Shown in pieces: positions 38,714 to 47,520 of a DNA stretch of 64,000 nucleotides. A program made the translations under genes and the position numbers. This DNA comes from an uncultured Oscillospiraceae bacterium. GTDB taxonomy: Bacteria; Bacillota; Clostridia; Oscillospirales; Ruminococcaceae. The stretch lies in the NCBI GenBank assembly GCA_964371155.1, contig CAYJLI010000005.1, positions 1,675 through 65,674 on the forward strand. The letters run 5' to 3'. How positions within the stretch are numbered: position 1 is the first letter of the stretch; every line of letters starts with the position of its first letter. The notes under the pieces were generated by a model that worked only from the letters and a program-made list of their open reading frames with translations, made no database searches and had not been told where the DNA came from.

Positions 38714-39682
38714 TTATTTACCCTCCGCTACTGCAACTTTTTTCACTCTATCATTTTTGTACTGGGATTTAATTCGTGGATCGATATAGCTGTACAAAAT
38801 ATCTATGAGTAGGTTTACACAGCAGAAAAGAAGTGCTAAGAATAATACTCCGCCCTGTACTACTGGGAAATCCCTATTTTTAATTGAGTCGATCATGAAT
38901 TTGCCAAGCCCTGGGATTGCGAAAACTGATTCAACAAGCACCGAGCCGCCGAGCATTGCGCCAAACTGCATACCTACTACTGTGATTATCGGCATGAGCG
39001 CATTTTTAAGTGCGTGATGCAGTATTATAACTCTTTCGGATTGTCCTTTGGCACGAGCTGTTCTTATATAGTCCTGCCTTACAACTTCAAGCATGCTTGA
39101 GCGTGTCATACGCATTATTGATGCCGCCGCACTTGTGCCCGTTGTAAATGCAGGGAGCACCCAATATTCCCAACCATAGGAGCCTGAAGCGGGGAACCAT
39201 CCAAGCCATACCGAAAATACAATGATGCTCATTAGTCCCTGCCAGAAGTTTGGCATCGACACCCCAGCAAGTGCAACACCTGTGGAGATTTTATCAAACA
39301 TCGAGTACTGCCTTGTGGCGGATATAACTCCGAGCAGTATACCCATTGTAACCGATATACTCGCACTGAGCACCGCAAGTGTGAAAGTGGTGGGGAAGCG
39401 CTCAAGAATAACTTCTGTTACTGAGGCTTTTGATTGGAAAGAAATTCCGAAGTCAAATCTTGTTACAACGCCTATAACATAATTAAAAAATCTCACGAAA
39501 AATGGGTCATTAAGCCCAAGCTCTTCTTCCATCGTGGCAACAGCCTCTGCGGTTGCGGATTCTCCGAGCATTATTTCCGCAGGGTTTCCTGGGGTGATTT
39601 CAATGATGCAAAACACTATGAACAATACCCCAAGCAATACGGGGATCATCATAAGGAGTCTTTTAAAAATATACTTGTGCAT
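38714..39682 (-). CDS. Oligopeptide/dipeptide ABC transporter permease (OppB/DppB-type)
   Basis: 322 aa with the typical N-terminus MHKYIFKRLLMMIPVLLGV and an EAA loop (YIRTARAKGQSERVIILHHALKN). Confidence 0.9.
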   Translation of the reverse strand: MHKYIFKRLLMMIPVLLGVLFIVFCIIEITPGNPAEIMLGESATAEAVATMEEELGLNDPFFVRFFNYVIGVVTRFDFGISFQSKASVTEVILERFPTTFTLAVLSASISVTMGILLGVISATRQYSMFDKISTGVALAGVSMPNFWQGLMSIIVFSVWLGWFPASGSYGWEYWVLPAFTTGTSAAASIMRMTRSSMLEVVRQDYIRTARAKGQSERVIILHHALKNALMPIITVVGMQFGAMLGGSVLVESVFAIPGLGKFMIDSIKNRDFPVVQGGVLFLALLFCCVNLLIDILYSYIDPRIKSQYKNDRVKKVAVAEGK

Positions 39683-39951
39683 TTAGTTTCGCCTTTCTCT
39701 TAAATAGTTGTAAATTTGGCATACTTATAGACAGTATTTTACTACTTAATGAATTAAAAATCAATTAAAATGTGTAATATTTACAATTTAATGGGAAAAT
39801 GCATAATTTATGACTAAAAATGTGTGTAAAATATTAATTTTTGAACTATCTTTGTGAATAATATAACAATGTTTATACATTTTTTTATTATAGTTTAATA
39901 AAATTGGATGTCTTTCCTAATTTTAAATTTCATGATACGCTTAAAATGTTC

Positions 39952-39980
39952 TTTACAAAGTGCGCAATGAAAGCTATAAT
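39952..39980 (+). promoter_or_regulatory. Putative sigma-A promoter of the C-S lyase gene
   Basis: TTTACA (39952-39957), 17-nt spacer, TATAAT (39975-39980). Confidence 0.5.
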
Positions 39981-40048
39981 TAACATATATTAGGCGAAAT
40001 CGCAAATAATTTTGCCTAAATTTTATAAGTCGAAAGGAAAAAAACTTT

Positions 40049-41233
40049 ATGAGCCATTTTTCCCATGAAAATGTAAATTTTGATGTCTTAAAAAAGAAAG
40101 CTTTTAATTACAGATGGGCGGAGATACCGGAGGGTGTTATTCCTCTTACCGCCGCTGATTCAGACTTCCCTGCAGCTCCGGAAATCATAGAGGATATTAT
40201 CAATTATGTTAAGGATGGTTACCTTTCTTATACGCCTAAGCTCGGCTTGCAAGAGTTTAGAGAAAGCATTGCAGAAAGCATTAACCGCAGAAAAGATGAA
40301 CATATTAACCCTGAATTTGTGCTTCCGATAGACAGCGCCGCAAGAGGAATGTATATTATTGCACAGGCTATGCTTGCTGAAGGCGACGAAATGATTATCT
40401 TCGACCCCGTTGATTATCTCTTTAAGCAGTCGGCACTATCCGCTAAGGCTACCCCCGTATACTTCCCATCGGTGCTCGACGAAGAGGGCTATATTGACTT
40501 ATCAGGACTTGAAGCGCTCATCACTCCAAAAACAAAGATGATAGGTCTTTGCAATCCTCACAACCCACTCGGCACACTCTACCGCAAAGAGGATTTACTA
40601 CATATATTAAATCTTGCCGAAAAATATAACCTCTATATAATGAACGACGAAATATGGTCGGATATTGTATACCCAGAGCGTGATTTCATCTCGATACTTT
40701 CGGTAAATCCCGAGCTTAATAAGAGAGTGCTCTCGGTGTACGGATTTTCAAAATGCTACGGTGTGGCTGGGCTTAGAATTGGCTGTATTTACGCACACGA
40801 CGCAGAAATTTTTGATAAACTCGTAGCCGCTTCCGATGTAATGACAACCGCAGGCGGTATCGCCTCCATTTCACAAATAGCGGGCATATCCTGCCTAAAT
40901 AAAGCCGATTACATGGTTAAAAACTATGTGGAGCATCTCACAAAAAACCGTGATATGGTTTGCGAGAGAATAAATGCAATGCCGATGCTTTCTTGCAGAA
41001 GACCTGAGGCTACATTTGTGGTGTTTATAGATGTGAGAGAAACAGGGCTTTCCTCCACCGAGTTTACCGACTTCATGATGGAAAAGGCAAAACTTGCGCT
41101 TGTACCAGGCAGTGAGCAGTTCTTTGGCAAGGGCGCCGAAGGCTTTGTAAGGCTTTGCTTTGCTACGAGCAGGGAAATTTTATCCGAGGGACTCGATAGA
41201 CTTGAAAAAGGCATTATGATGCTTAAGAAATAA
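40049..41233 (+). CDS. PLP-dependent C-S lyase / aminotransferase class I-II (PatB/MalY-like)
   Basis: 394 aa. The N-terminus FNYRWAEIPEGVIPLTAADSDFPAAPEI and the SKCYGVAGLRIG PLP-lysine region are typical of MalY/PatB cystathionine beta-lyases. Confidence 0.82.
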   Translation: MSHFSHENVNFDVLKKKAFNYRWAEIPEGVIPLTAADSDFPAAPEIIEDIINYVKDGYLSYTPKLGLQEFRESIAESINRRKDEHINPEFVLPIDSAARGMYIIAQAMLAEGDEMIIFDPVDYLFKQSALSAKATPVYFPSVLDEEGYIDLSGLEALITPKTKMIGLCNPHNPLGTLYRKEDLLHILNLAEKYNLYIMNDEIWSDIVYPERDFISILSVNPELNKRVLSVYGFSKCYGVAGLRIGCIYAHDAEIFDKLVAASDVMTTAGGIASISQIAGISCLNKADYMVKNYVEHLTKNRDMVCERINAMPMLSCRRPEATFVVFIDVRETGLSSTEFTDFMMEKAKLALVPGSEQFFGKGAEGFVRLCFATSREILSEGLDRLEKGIMMLKK

Positions 41234-41239
41234 TAATTT

Positions 41240-41270
41240 TATATCCCCCCGCCTTTGGCGGGGGGATATA
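41240..41270 (+). terminator. Perfect 14-bp GC-core hairpin after the C-S lyase gene
   Basis: tatatccccccgcc (41240-41253), loop ttt, ggcggggggatata (41257-41270). Confidence 0.7.
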
Positions 41271-41323
41271 TAACTTAAATGCTAATACTTAAAGACCATG
41301 GACTTAGGATTGGGGGATCATTT

Positions 41324-42571
41324 ATGTTAGAATATTTTGTGTTATTGTTAACGGTATTGGTAGGTGTATCCTTTTTAAATGAAAAGCTATTTAAATTGCC
41401 GAATGAAATATTACTGTTAATTGCTTCAATTTTGATAGCGCTTATTTACAGTGGGATATCCGCTTTCTCAGATGCTCTGCCACCTAATCCTTTGCCGACT
41501 CATTTTCTCGATGATTTTTTAGTAAAGGGTGTACTCTGCTTTATTTTATTTGCAGGCTCTTGCACCTTTAGCTTTAAAAAGGTAAAAAAATCTGTGAAGA
41601 CAATTTTCACAATGTCGATAGTGACAACTCTTTTAGCGGCAATTTTTTATGGAACATTAAGCTATTTAGTTTTTAGTTTAATTCCACTTGTAGAGATCGA
41701 TTTCTTACATCATTTATTAATAGGTTGTATAATTTCACCAACCGACCCAATAGCAGCTATGAGTATTTTACGAAAAATAGGAATATCCGAAGAAATCGAA
41801 ACAGTAATTGAGGGTGAATCTTTATTTAATGATGGTGTTGGGATTTCTTTGTTTATCATTGTTGGTTCGGCGATAAAAAGTGGCTCAAACCAAATAAATA
41901 TAGGTGAGTTTTTTTCGACTCTAACCTATGAAATATGTTTTGCAGTGGCGATTGCGTTGGCAATTTCTTTTGCACTATTTAAGCTCTTTAGCAAAACAAA
42001 TGATTGTAATTTACAAATATTCACGAGCATTTTAGCTGTTTCTACTTGTTATGTTATATGCGAAGCAATCGGCTGTTCAAGCGCCATTGCAAGTGTTATT
42101 TGTGGAATGTATTTTGCAAGCAAAACCACAATGGAAGAGGATCAAGCACACCTATCAAACTATTTTGTCTTTTGGAATATAGCGGACAACCTTTTAAATG
42201 GGCTTTTATACATAATATTAGGACTTACATTTATAAATCTGTTTGTTTATATAAATCATAATATTTTAGCAATTGTATTTACTGTTATAATAAGTATTTT
42301 GGCAAGGTATTTGAGTGTGTTTATATCCACACCTTTATTAAGACCGTTGCCCGAAAAACTACCCCCTATAAAATTCACTAATTTAATGACATATTCCGGT
42401 ATAAAAGGGGCACTTAGCTTAGCACTTGTATTAAGTGCAATCGAGTATTTTACTACAGATGGCTTTAATACAGCGGTTATATCAGTCGCTGGTGTTGTGC
42501 TATTTACAACTCTTATACAGGGACTATCAATAGGCAAATTTTACAAACGCTTTTATATGGCATCCACTTAA
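41324..42571 (+). CDS. Na+/H+ (cation/proton) antiporter, CPA1/NhaP-like
   Basis: Start at ATG 41324 (MLEYFVLL) with GGGGGA 7 nt upstream. About 11-12 TM helices; motifs ISPTDPIA and SLFNDGVGI are typical of Na_H_Exchanger proteins. The gene is clearly more AT-rich than its neighbours. Confidence 0.85.
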   Translation: MLEYFVLLLTVLVGVSFLNEKLFKLPNEILLLIASILIALIYSGISAFSDALPPNPLPTHFLDDFLVKGVLCFILFAGSCTFSFKKVKKSVKTIFTMSIVTTLLAAIFYGTLSYLVFSLIPLVEIDFLHHLLIGCIISPTDPIAAMSILRKIGISEEIETVIEGESLFNDGVGISLFIIVGSAIKSGSNQINIGEFFSTLTYEICFAVAIALAISFALFKLFSKTNDCNLQIFTSILAVSTCYVICEAIGCSSAIASVICGMYFASKTTMEEDQAHLSNYFVFWNIADNLLNGLLYIILGLTFINLFVYINHNILAIVFTVIISILARYLSVFISTPLLRPLPEKLPPIKFTNLMTYSGIKGALSLALVLSAIEYFTTDGFNTAVISVAGVVLFTTLIQGLSIGKFYKRFYMAST

Positions 42572-42593
42572 ATTAATTTATAATAAAACAAAT

Positions 42594-42634
42594 AATGATA
42601 TATCCCCCCGCCATAAGCGGGGGGATATATCATT
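42594..42634. terminator. Perfect 18-bp hairpin shared by the convergent antiporter and trpS genes
   Basis: aatgatatatccccccgc (42594-42611), loop cataa, gcggggggatatatcatt (42617-42634). The core atatccccccgc is identical to the hairpin at 41240-41270. Confidence 0.75.
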
Positions 42635-42653
42635 AAAGTGTATTGGGATTATT

Positions 42654-43661
42654 TTACAGCACAAACCCAACTTTTTTATACATCTTCTCAACTGTGCGCC
42701 CTGCAATATTTCCAGCCTTTTGCGCACCGCTTTGATATAGCGATTTTAGGTATTCTTTATCAGCCATTATCGCATTATATTTATCCCTAATCGGGGCAAT
42801 TTCCGCTATAACAGCCTCGCCCACAGCTATTTTAAAATCGCCGTAGCCTTTGCCCTCAAAACGCTTTTCTATCGCCTCAAAGCTCTCGCCAGTAATGGCG
42901 CTGAGTATCGACATTAAATTATTTATCCCCGCTTTGTCCTCACCGTAGCACACCTTTGTGTCGGAGTCGGTCACTGCCCTTTTAAACTTATTCATAATCT
43001 GGGCGTCGGTGTCGGTAAGTGTGACATATGCATTGCTATTCTCATCGGATTTCGACATCTTCTTCGTAGGCTCTTGCAGTGACATCACCCTTGCGCCAAC
43101 TTTATTATAATAACCCTCGGGCACGGTGAACACCTTGCCGTGGTTGTGGTTAAACCTGTTTGCAATGTCCCTTGAAAGCTCTAAATGCTGTCTTTGGTCG
43201 TCGCCCACGGGTACAAAATTTGCCTGATATAGCAAAATATCCGCCGCCATTAGTGTTGGGTAGGTGAAAAGCCCTGCGTTGATGTTTTCGGGGTGCCTGT
43301 CGGACTTATCTTTAAACTGGGTCATCCTTGAGAGCTCGCCATACTGGGTGTAGCAGTTTAGCACCCATGCACCCTGAGCGTGCGCCGGCACATGGCTTTG
43401 GATAAACACCACCGATTTTTCAGGGTCAACACCGCAGGCAAGCAGCATTGCATAGGCTTCTATTGTTTTTTGCCTGAGTTGTGCTGGCTCTTGGCGAACA
43501 GTTATTGCATGCTGATCCACCACGCAGTATACACAGCGGTAATCGTCCTGCATTTTAACCCAGTTTTTAAGTGCTCCAAGATAATTTCCGAGAGTGAAGC
43601 TTCCCGTGGGCTGTATCCCTGAAAAAACTATCGGTTTTTTCACCTGTGTATTTTCCTGCAT
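42654..43661 (-). CDS. trpS: Tryptophan--tRNA ligase
   Basis: 335 aa with class-I motifs (GIQPTGSFTLGNYLGA, KMSKS) and TrpRS-typical length and sequence. Confidence 0.93.
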   Translation of the reverse strand: MQENTQVKKPIVFSGIQPTGSFTLGNYLGALKNWVKMQDDYRCVYCVVDQHAITVRQEPAQLRQKTIEAYAMLLACGVDPEKSVVFIQSHVPAHAQGAWVLNCYTQYGELSRMTQFKDKSDRHPENINAGLFTYPTLMAADILLYQANFVPVGDDQRQHLELSRDIANRFNHNHGKVFTVPEGYYNKVGARVMSLQEPTKKMSKSDENSNAYVTLTDTDAQIMNKFKRAVTDSDTKVCYGEDKAGINNLMSILSAITGESFEAIEKRFEGKGYGDFKIAVGEAVIAEIAPIRDKYNAIMADKEYLKSLYQSGAQKAGNIAGRTVEKMYKKVGFVL

Positions 43662-43757
43662 AATGTAATCATTCCTTTTTTGTGTATTTAAGGTTAGCTA
43701 ATGGCAGAGCCATCTGGCTACTCAATTTCGTCTTATTTTGTATTGCCCTTAATTTCT

Positions 43758-43803
43758 TGGTTTCTCATAGGGTCACGGGTTGCCATGCCCCTACAAGAAA
43801 CCA
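43758..43803 (+). repeat. Mosaic repeat fragment (module C) enclosed by an 8-bp inverted repeat
   Basis: cacgggttgccatgcccctacaag (43774-43797) matches module C at 25339-25372 and, reverse-complemented, 51255-51283. Flanked by tggtttct (43758-43765) and agaaacca (43796-43803). Confidence 0.7.
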
Positions 43804-43824
43804 TTTCAAATTGTGAAAATACTA

Positions 43825-45009
43825 TTATAGGCTTTCTCTTAGTATCTTGCCCACTATTTTTACACCCTCTACTATCTGCTCGTCGCTTGGGGTGGAATAG
43901 TTCATTCTAAAGCATTGTGTGCTTATCTTTGTGTCTGCAAGGAAGGTGCTTCCAGGCACTGTTGCCACTTTATTATCAAGCATTTTTTCGCAGAGCGCTG
44001 GCATGTCTGCACCTTCGGGGAGTGTTACCCAAATGAACATACCGCCCTCGGGCTTTGTATACTCCACTTCTGGGAAATGCTCTTTTATTGTGTCCATCAT
44101 CAGTTTGCATTTTCTGCCGTAGATTTTGCTGATGCGGCTTATATGATCATCAAAACTGTCACTGCTCATTATGCTGTGGCAGATATGCTGTGCAAGTGTA
44201 TTTGTATGTACATCTCCGCACTGCTTTGCAACTACAATTTTAGATATAATTTCATTGTGCGCACAAACAAAACCAACTCTAAGCGCTGGGGATACCATCT
44301 TAGAGTAGCTTCCACAATAGATTACGATGTCTTCTGTGTCGAAGCTCTTTATGCATGGAAGTGGCTCGCCTGCAAAGCGAAGTACACCGTATGGGTTGTC
44401 TTCTATGATAATAATATTGTTTTCTTTAGCGATTTCGTATAGTGCTTTTCTTTTTTCTAAGCTCATTGTGATACCTGTTGGGTTTTGGAAATTTGGTATT
44501 ACATAGATTAGCTTAATTCTTTTATTTTCAGCAATAGCTTTTTTTACACCCTCAATGGAGATACCGTCATTTTCGATTGGTACGCCGATTAAGTTTGCAC
44601 CATAGGTTCTAAAGGAGTTTAGCGAGCCGATGAAGGACACACTATCGCAAATAATGCTGTCGCCTGGCTCACAGAACACTTGGCAAGCGAGCTGTATAGC
44701 CTGCTGCGCACCGGAAACTGTGATTAATTCATCATTTGCACCACCAATATTTTCTTTTTCTTTAAGATATTTTTTTAGTGTTTCCCTAAGAGGTGCGTAG
44801 CCCTCTGTTGCAGAATACTGAAGCATTGAAATTGGGTTTTCTTCCATAATTTCAGTCATTGCGCCTTTTACCATATCTGTTGGGAATGCGTCTATTGCTG
44901 GATTTCCCGAAGCAAATGGGATGATGCCCGGTTGGCTGGCACGCTTTAGCATTTCACGGATTAGGGAGGGTTTTAGCTCGTCAAAATGGGAGGAAAACTG
45001 ATAATTCAT
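43825..45009 (-). CDS. PLP-dependent aminotransferase (class I/II, 2-aminoadipate/aromatic aminotransferase-like)
   Basis: 394 aa with N-terminal LKPSLIREML..FASGNP and the SYSKMVSPALRVG PLP-lysine region. Confidence 0.82.
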   Translation of the reverse strand: MNYQFSSHFDELKPSLIREMLKRASQPGIIPFASGNPAIDAFPTDMVKGAMTEIMEENPISMLQYSATEGYAPLRETLKKYLKEKENIGGANDELITVSGAQQAIQLACQVFCEPGDSIICDSVSFIGSLNSFRTYGANLIGVPIENDGISIEGVKKAIAENKRIKLIYVIPNFQNPTGITMSLEKRKALYEIAKENNIIIIEDNPYGVLRFAGEPLPCIKSFDTEDIVIYCGSYSKMVSPALRVGFVCAHNEIISKIVVAKQCGDVHTNTLAQHICHSIMSSDSFDDHISRISKIYGRKCKLMMDTIKEHFPEVEYTKPEGGMFIWVTLPEGADMPALCEKMLDNKVATVPGSTFLADTKISTQCFRMNYSTPSDEQIVEGVKIVGKILRESL

Positions 45010-45183
45010 AATATTCTCTACCTTTCAATTTTTTGTTTTTTTATTTAATATACATAATGTATACATCTGCAAATTGAGTTCAGAAGCTCGTAGCCCGATG
45101 GGGTTTGGAGCTTCTTATTTAATTGATATTTATTTTAATAGTTAACTCAAATGGGGGCATATTTTAAAAAATGCACTCCACCA

Positions 45184-46551
45184 CTATCCCACAATAATCT
45201 GTGCATCGGGTATAATTTCCATCTTGTTTTTCACACTGCGCATAGCAAGCGAAAGTGCAAATGAAACAGGGCCTACTCGTCCTAAAAACATAAGTAGTAT
45301 AAATATTATCTTAGCAGGACTATTTGCAAGGGAAGTAACCCCCACTGAGAGCCCGACCGTTGCAAAGGCGGACACCGATTCAAAGAAGCTGTCTATTCCG
45401 CTCACACCCTGAGAGGATAGCATTACATTCACAATCCCTGCCGAAACCGATACCGCTACTATACCTATAACAAGCACTGAAAGCGCTTTGTAAACTTGGT
45501 TTTTATTCACCTGTCTTTTTAAAATGATGGTGTCGTCATATCCTCTTACTACCGAGACTATTGTCATCACAATAATTGTTGCGGTGGTAATTTTTATACC
45601 GCCCCCAGTGGAGCCGGGTGCCGCACCTATAAACATTAGTATGGAGCAAAACACCTTTGTAAAGCCATTAAAGGATGCGATGTCCACCGTGTTAAACCCT
45701 GCTGTACGGGTGGTTATCGACTGAAACATTGCCGCACCGAATTTTGAAGGTGTTGAGAGAGATCCAAGGGTGTAGGGATTATTCCACTCTAAAATGAGTA
45801 TCCCTAAAAAGCCCGATATAATTAAAAAGGCTGTTACGCTCAGCACTATTTTAGTGTGAAGGAGCAGCTTTTTTCTCTTTGGATAATTTATTAAATCATT
45901 CCACACCACAAATCCCAAACCACCTATGATAATTAGCATGCTTATTGTAAAATTCACATTGAAGCTATCGGCGTAATTTACTAAGGAAATATATGCAGTT
46001 TCCCTGCCCAGTATATCAAAACCTGCATTGCAGAAAGCGGAAATAGCTAAAAATATCGAAATAAATATTCCCTCTCTGCCATATATCGGCACAAAGGTAA
46101 AGCTCAGCATTACAGCGCCTATAAGCTCTATGCATATTGAGGCGGTAACCACAAATCGTATAATTCTGCTCACATCGGCTATCGAAATTGAGTTTATCGA
46201 CTCCTGTGCAAGCTTCATTCCACGAAGCCCTAATTTCTTGCCCATTGCTACTGAGAAGAATGTAGTTAATGTTACGAGTCCGAGGCCTCCTATTTGTATT
46301 AAGGCGAGGATAACCACCTGCCCGAACACCGTCCATTTTGCATAAGTGTCAAACACCACAAGCCCTGTCACGCAGGTTGCTGAAGTGGCGGTAAAAAGTG
46401 CGTCTAAAAAATTTGTAAAATTGCCGTCTTTAGAAGATATCGGCAGAGTGAGAAGTATTGTTCCCACTAAAATAACCATCATAAAACTCAGGGCTATCAT
46501 TCGTGCAGGAAAAGATAGAAAGCCCTTGTTTTCTTGCTTTTTAATCGGCAT
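45184..46551 (-). CDS. TrkH/KtrB-family potassium uptake membrane subunit
   Basis: 455 aa, polytopic, with repeated selectivity-filter-like segments (TATCVTGL, NAGFD, TRTAGFNT, TVGLSVG). No trkA/ktrA partner is present in the window. Confidence 0.88.
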   Translation of the reverse strand: MPIKKQENKGFLSFPARMIALSFMMVILVGTILLTLPISSKDGNFTNFLDALFTATSATCVTGLVVFDTYAKWTVFGQVVILALIQIGGLGLVTLTTFFSVAMGKKLGLRGMKLAQESINSISIADVSRIIRFVVTASICIELIGAVMLSFTFVPIYGREGIFISIFLAISAFCNAGFDILGRETAYISLVNYADSFNVNFTISMLIIIGGLGFVVWNDLINYPKRKKLLLHTKIVLSVTAFLIISGFLGILILEWNNPYTLGSLSTPSKFGAAMFQSITTRTAGFNTVDIASFNGFTKVFCSILMFIGAAPGSTGGGIKITTATIIVMTIVSVVRGYDDTIILKRQVNKNQVYKALSVLVIGIVAVSVSAGIVNVMLSSQGVSGIDSFFESVSAFATVGLSVGVTSLANSPAKIIFILLMFLGRVGPVSFALSLAMRSVKNKMEIIPDAQIIVG

Positions 46552-46593
46552 AAATTTTCTCCGTTGTTTCCATCATTTGTAAAGCACAAAAAA

Positions 46594-47016
46594 TTAAATT
46601 CCACCAATTGCCTTTAGATGTGTTCTTGCTTTGTTGATTAGAAATTTATCGTTTCTGAAAGTAACAACTTTATGTGCATCGACAAACGGTACCCAGCGTA
46701 TCTCGCTTATCTCTTCTTCTTGCATTTTTGTATTTCCATCATGGGTGTATCCAAAAAAATATACGACTTGTTTTCTCACATTGGGCTTTGGGAAGTATTC
46801 CACGCTCTGCCTAAATCCGTCAAAAAGCTCTATTGAAAGCCCTGTTTCTTCCTTAACTTCCCTCAGTGCGGTCTGCACTTCGGTTTCGCCTTCTTCAACA
46901 TGCCCTTTCGGAAATGACCAATGCCCACCATATTTATGTTTTAATAGAAGCATTTCATAGTCTTCGCCACTTTTGCGCACTATGAGTGCCCCACATGATT
47001 TTTCAAATTTCATCAT
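46594..47016 (-). CDS. NUDIX hydrolase (Ap4A hydrolase-like)
   Basis: 140 aa with the Nudix box GHWSFPKGHVEEGETEVQTALREVKEETG. Confidence 0.88.
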   Translation of the reverse strand: MMKFEKSCGALIVRKSGEDYEMLLLKHKYGGHWSFPKGHVEEGETEVQTALREVKEETGLSIELFDGFRQSVEYFPKPNVRKQVVYFFGYTHDGNTKMQEEEISEIRWVPFVDAHKVVTFRNDKFLINKARTHLKAIGGI

Positions 47017-47313
47017 TCACCTCACTGTTTTGACCTATCCTGACAGCATTTACCCTTAAAAGGTGGCTGCCAAACATCTTAAAGGCAAGATAGCCTTCTT
47101 AATTCTAAGTAGTAGTATACCACCTTTGGTTAAATTTTAAAAGAGGTAAAATTTAATTTAATGCATTTAATGGGTATATTTACATTAATATTCAATAGCG
47201 TTTTGTATATCACGGCAAAAATATTACTTTTTGTATATTTAATTACATCGAAATGTCCCAAAATGGCGCAATGGAATTGGGCGCCATTATCCACACTCGG
47301 CAATCAAAACTGC

Positions 47314-47342
47314 TTGACAATTTTAGCCAATAATATTATAAT
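47314..47342 (+). promoter_or_regulatory. Consensus sigma-A promoter driving the TPP riboswitch-thiT transcript
   Basis: TTGACA (47314-47319), 17-nt spacer, TATAAT (47337-47342). Confidence 0.65.
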
Positions 47343-47349
47343 GGCAGTG

Positions 47350-47498
47350 GATAAAAGATGGGGAGCTGAGTTTAACTTGGCTGAGAGTCACCGTGAATAT
47401 CGGTGTAACCCTTAGACCTGATCCGGGTAATGCCGGCGTAGGAAGAATATTTAGTGTATCTTTCTTTGCTGTTGTGTATTGCCTACACAACTTTTTTT
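47350..47498 (+). promoter_or_regulatory. TPP (THI-box) riboswitch with an intrinsic-terminator expression platform
   Basis: Aptamer hallmarks: ggggagc, ctgagag, accctt and gacctgatccgggtaatgccggcgtaggaa (47360-47445). Terminator: gttgtgta (47471-47478) pairs with tacacaac (47484-47491), followed by TTTTTTT (47492-47498). Confidence 0.9.
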
Positions 47499-47520
47499 AT
47501 TTTACGGAGGAATTTTACAG

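Noticed and set aside
43662-43824. Possible T-box leader upstream of trpS
   Set aside because: The spacer is only 163 nt, and I find no T-box sequence (AATNNGGTGGTACCGCG-like), specifier-loop context or terminator/antiterminator pair. The main structured element is a repeat module.
43915-44442. 175-aa plus-strand ORF antisense to the aminotransferase gene
   Set aside because: Same reasoning: Cys/Phe-rich nonsense composition, no SD, opposite a well-supported CDS.
47262-47288. Hairpin aatggcgc..gcgccatt upstream of the thiT promoter, considered as a possible small-RNA terminator
   Set aside because: It is an isolated 8-bp stem with a short T-run only on the minus strand, and no promoter or ORF is associated with it. 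The evidence is insufficient.
47161-47415. 84-aa ORF overlapping the TPP riboswitch
   Set aside because: It runs across the promoter and aptamer of a clearly recognisable riboswitch, has no SD and has AT-driven composition.
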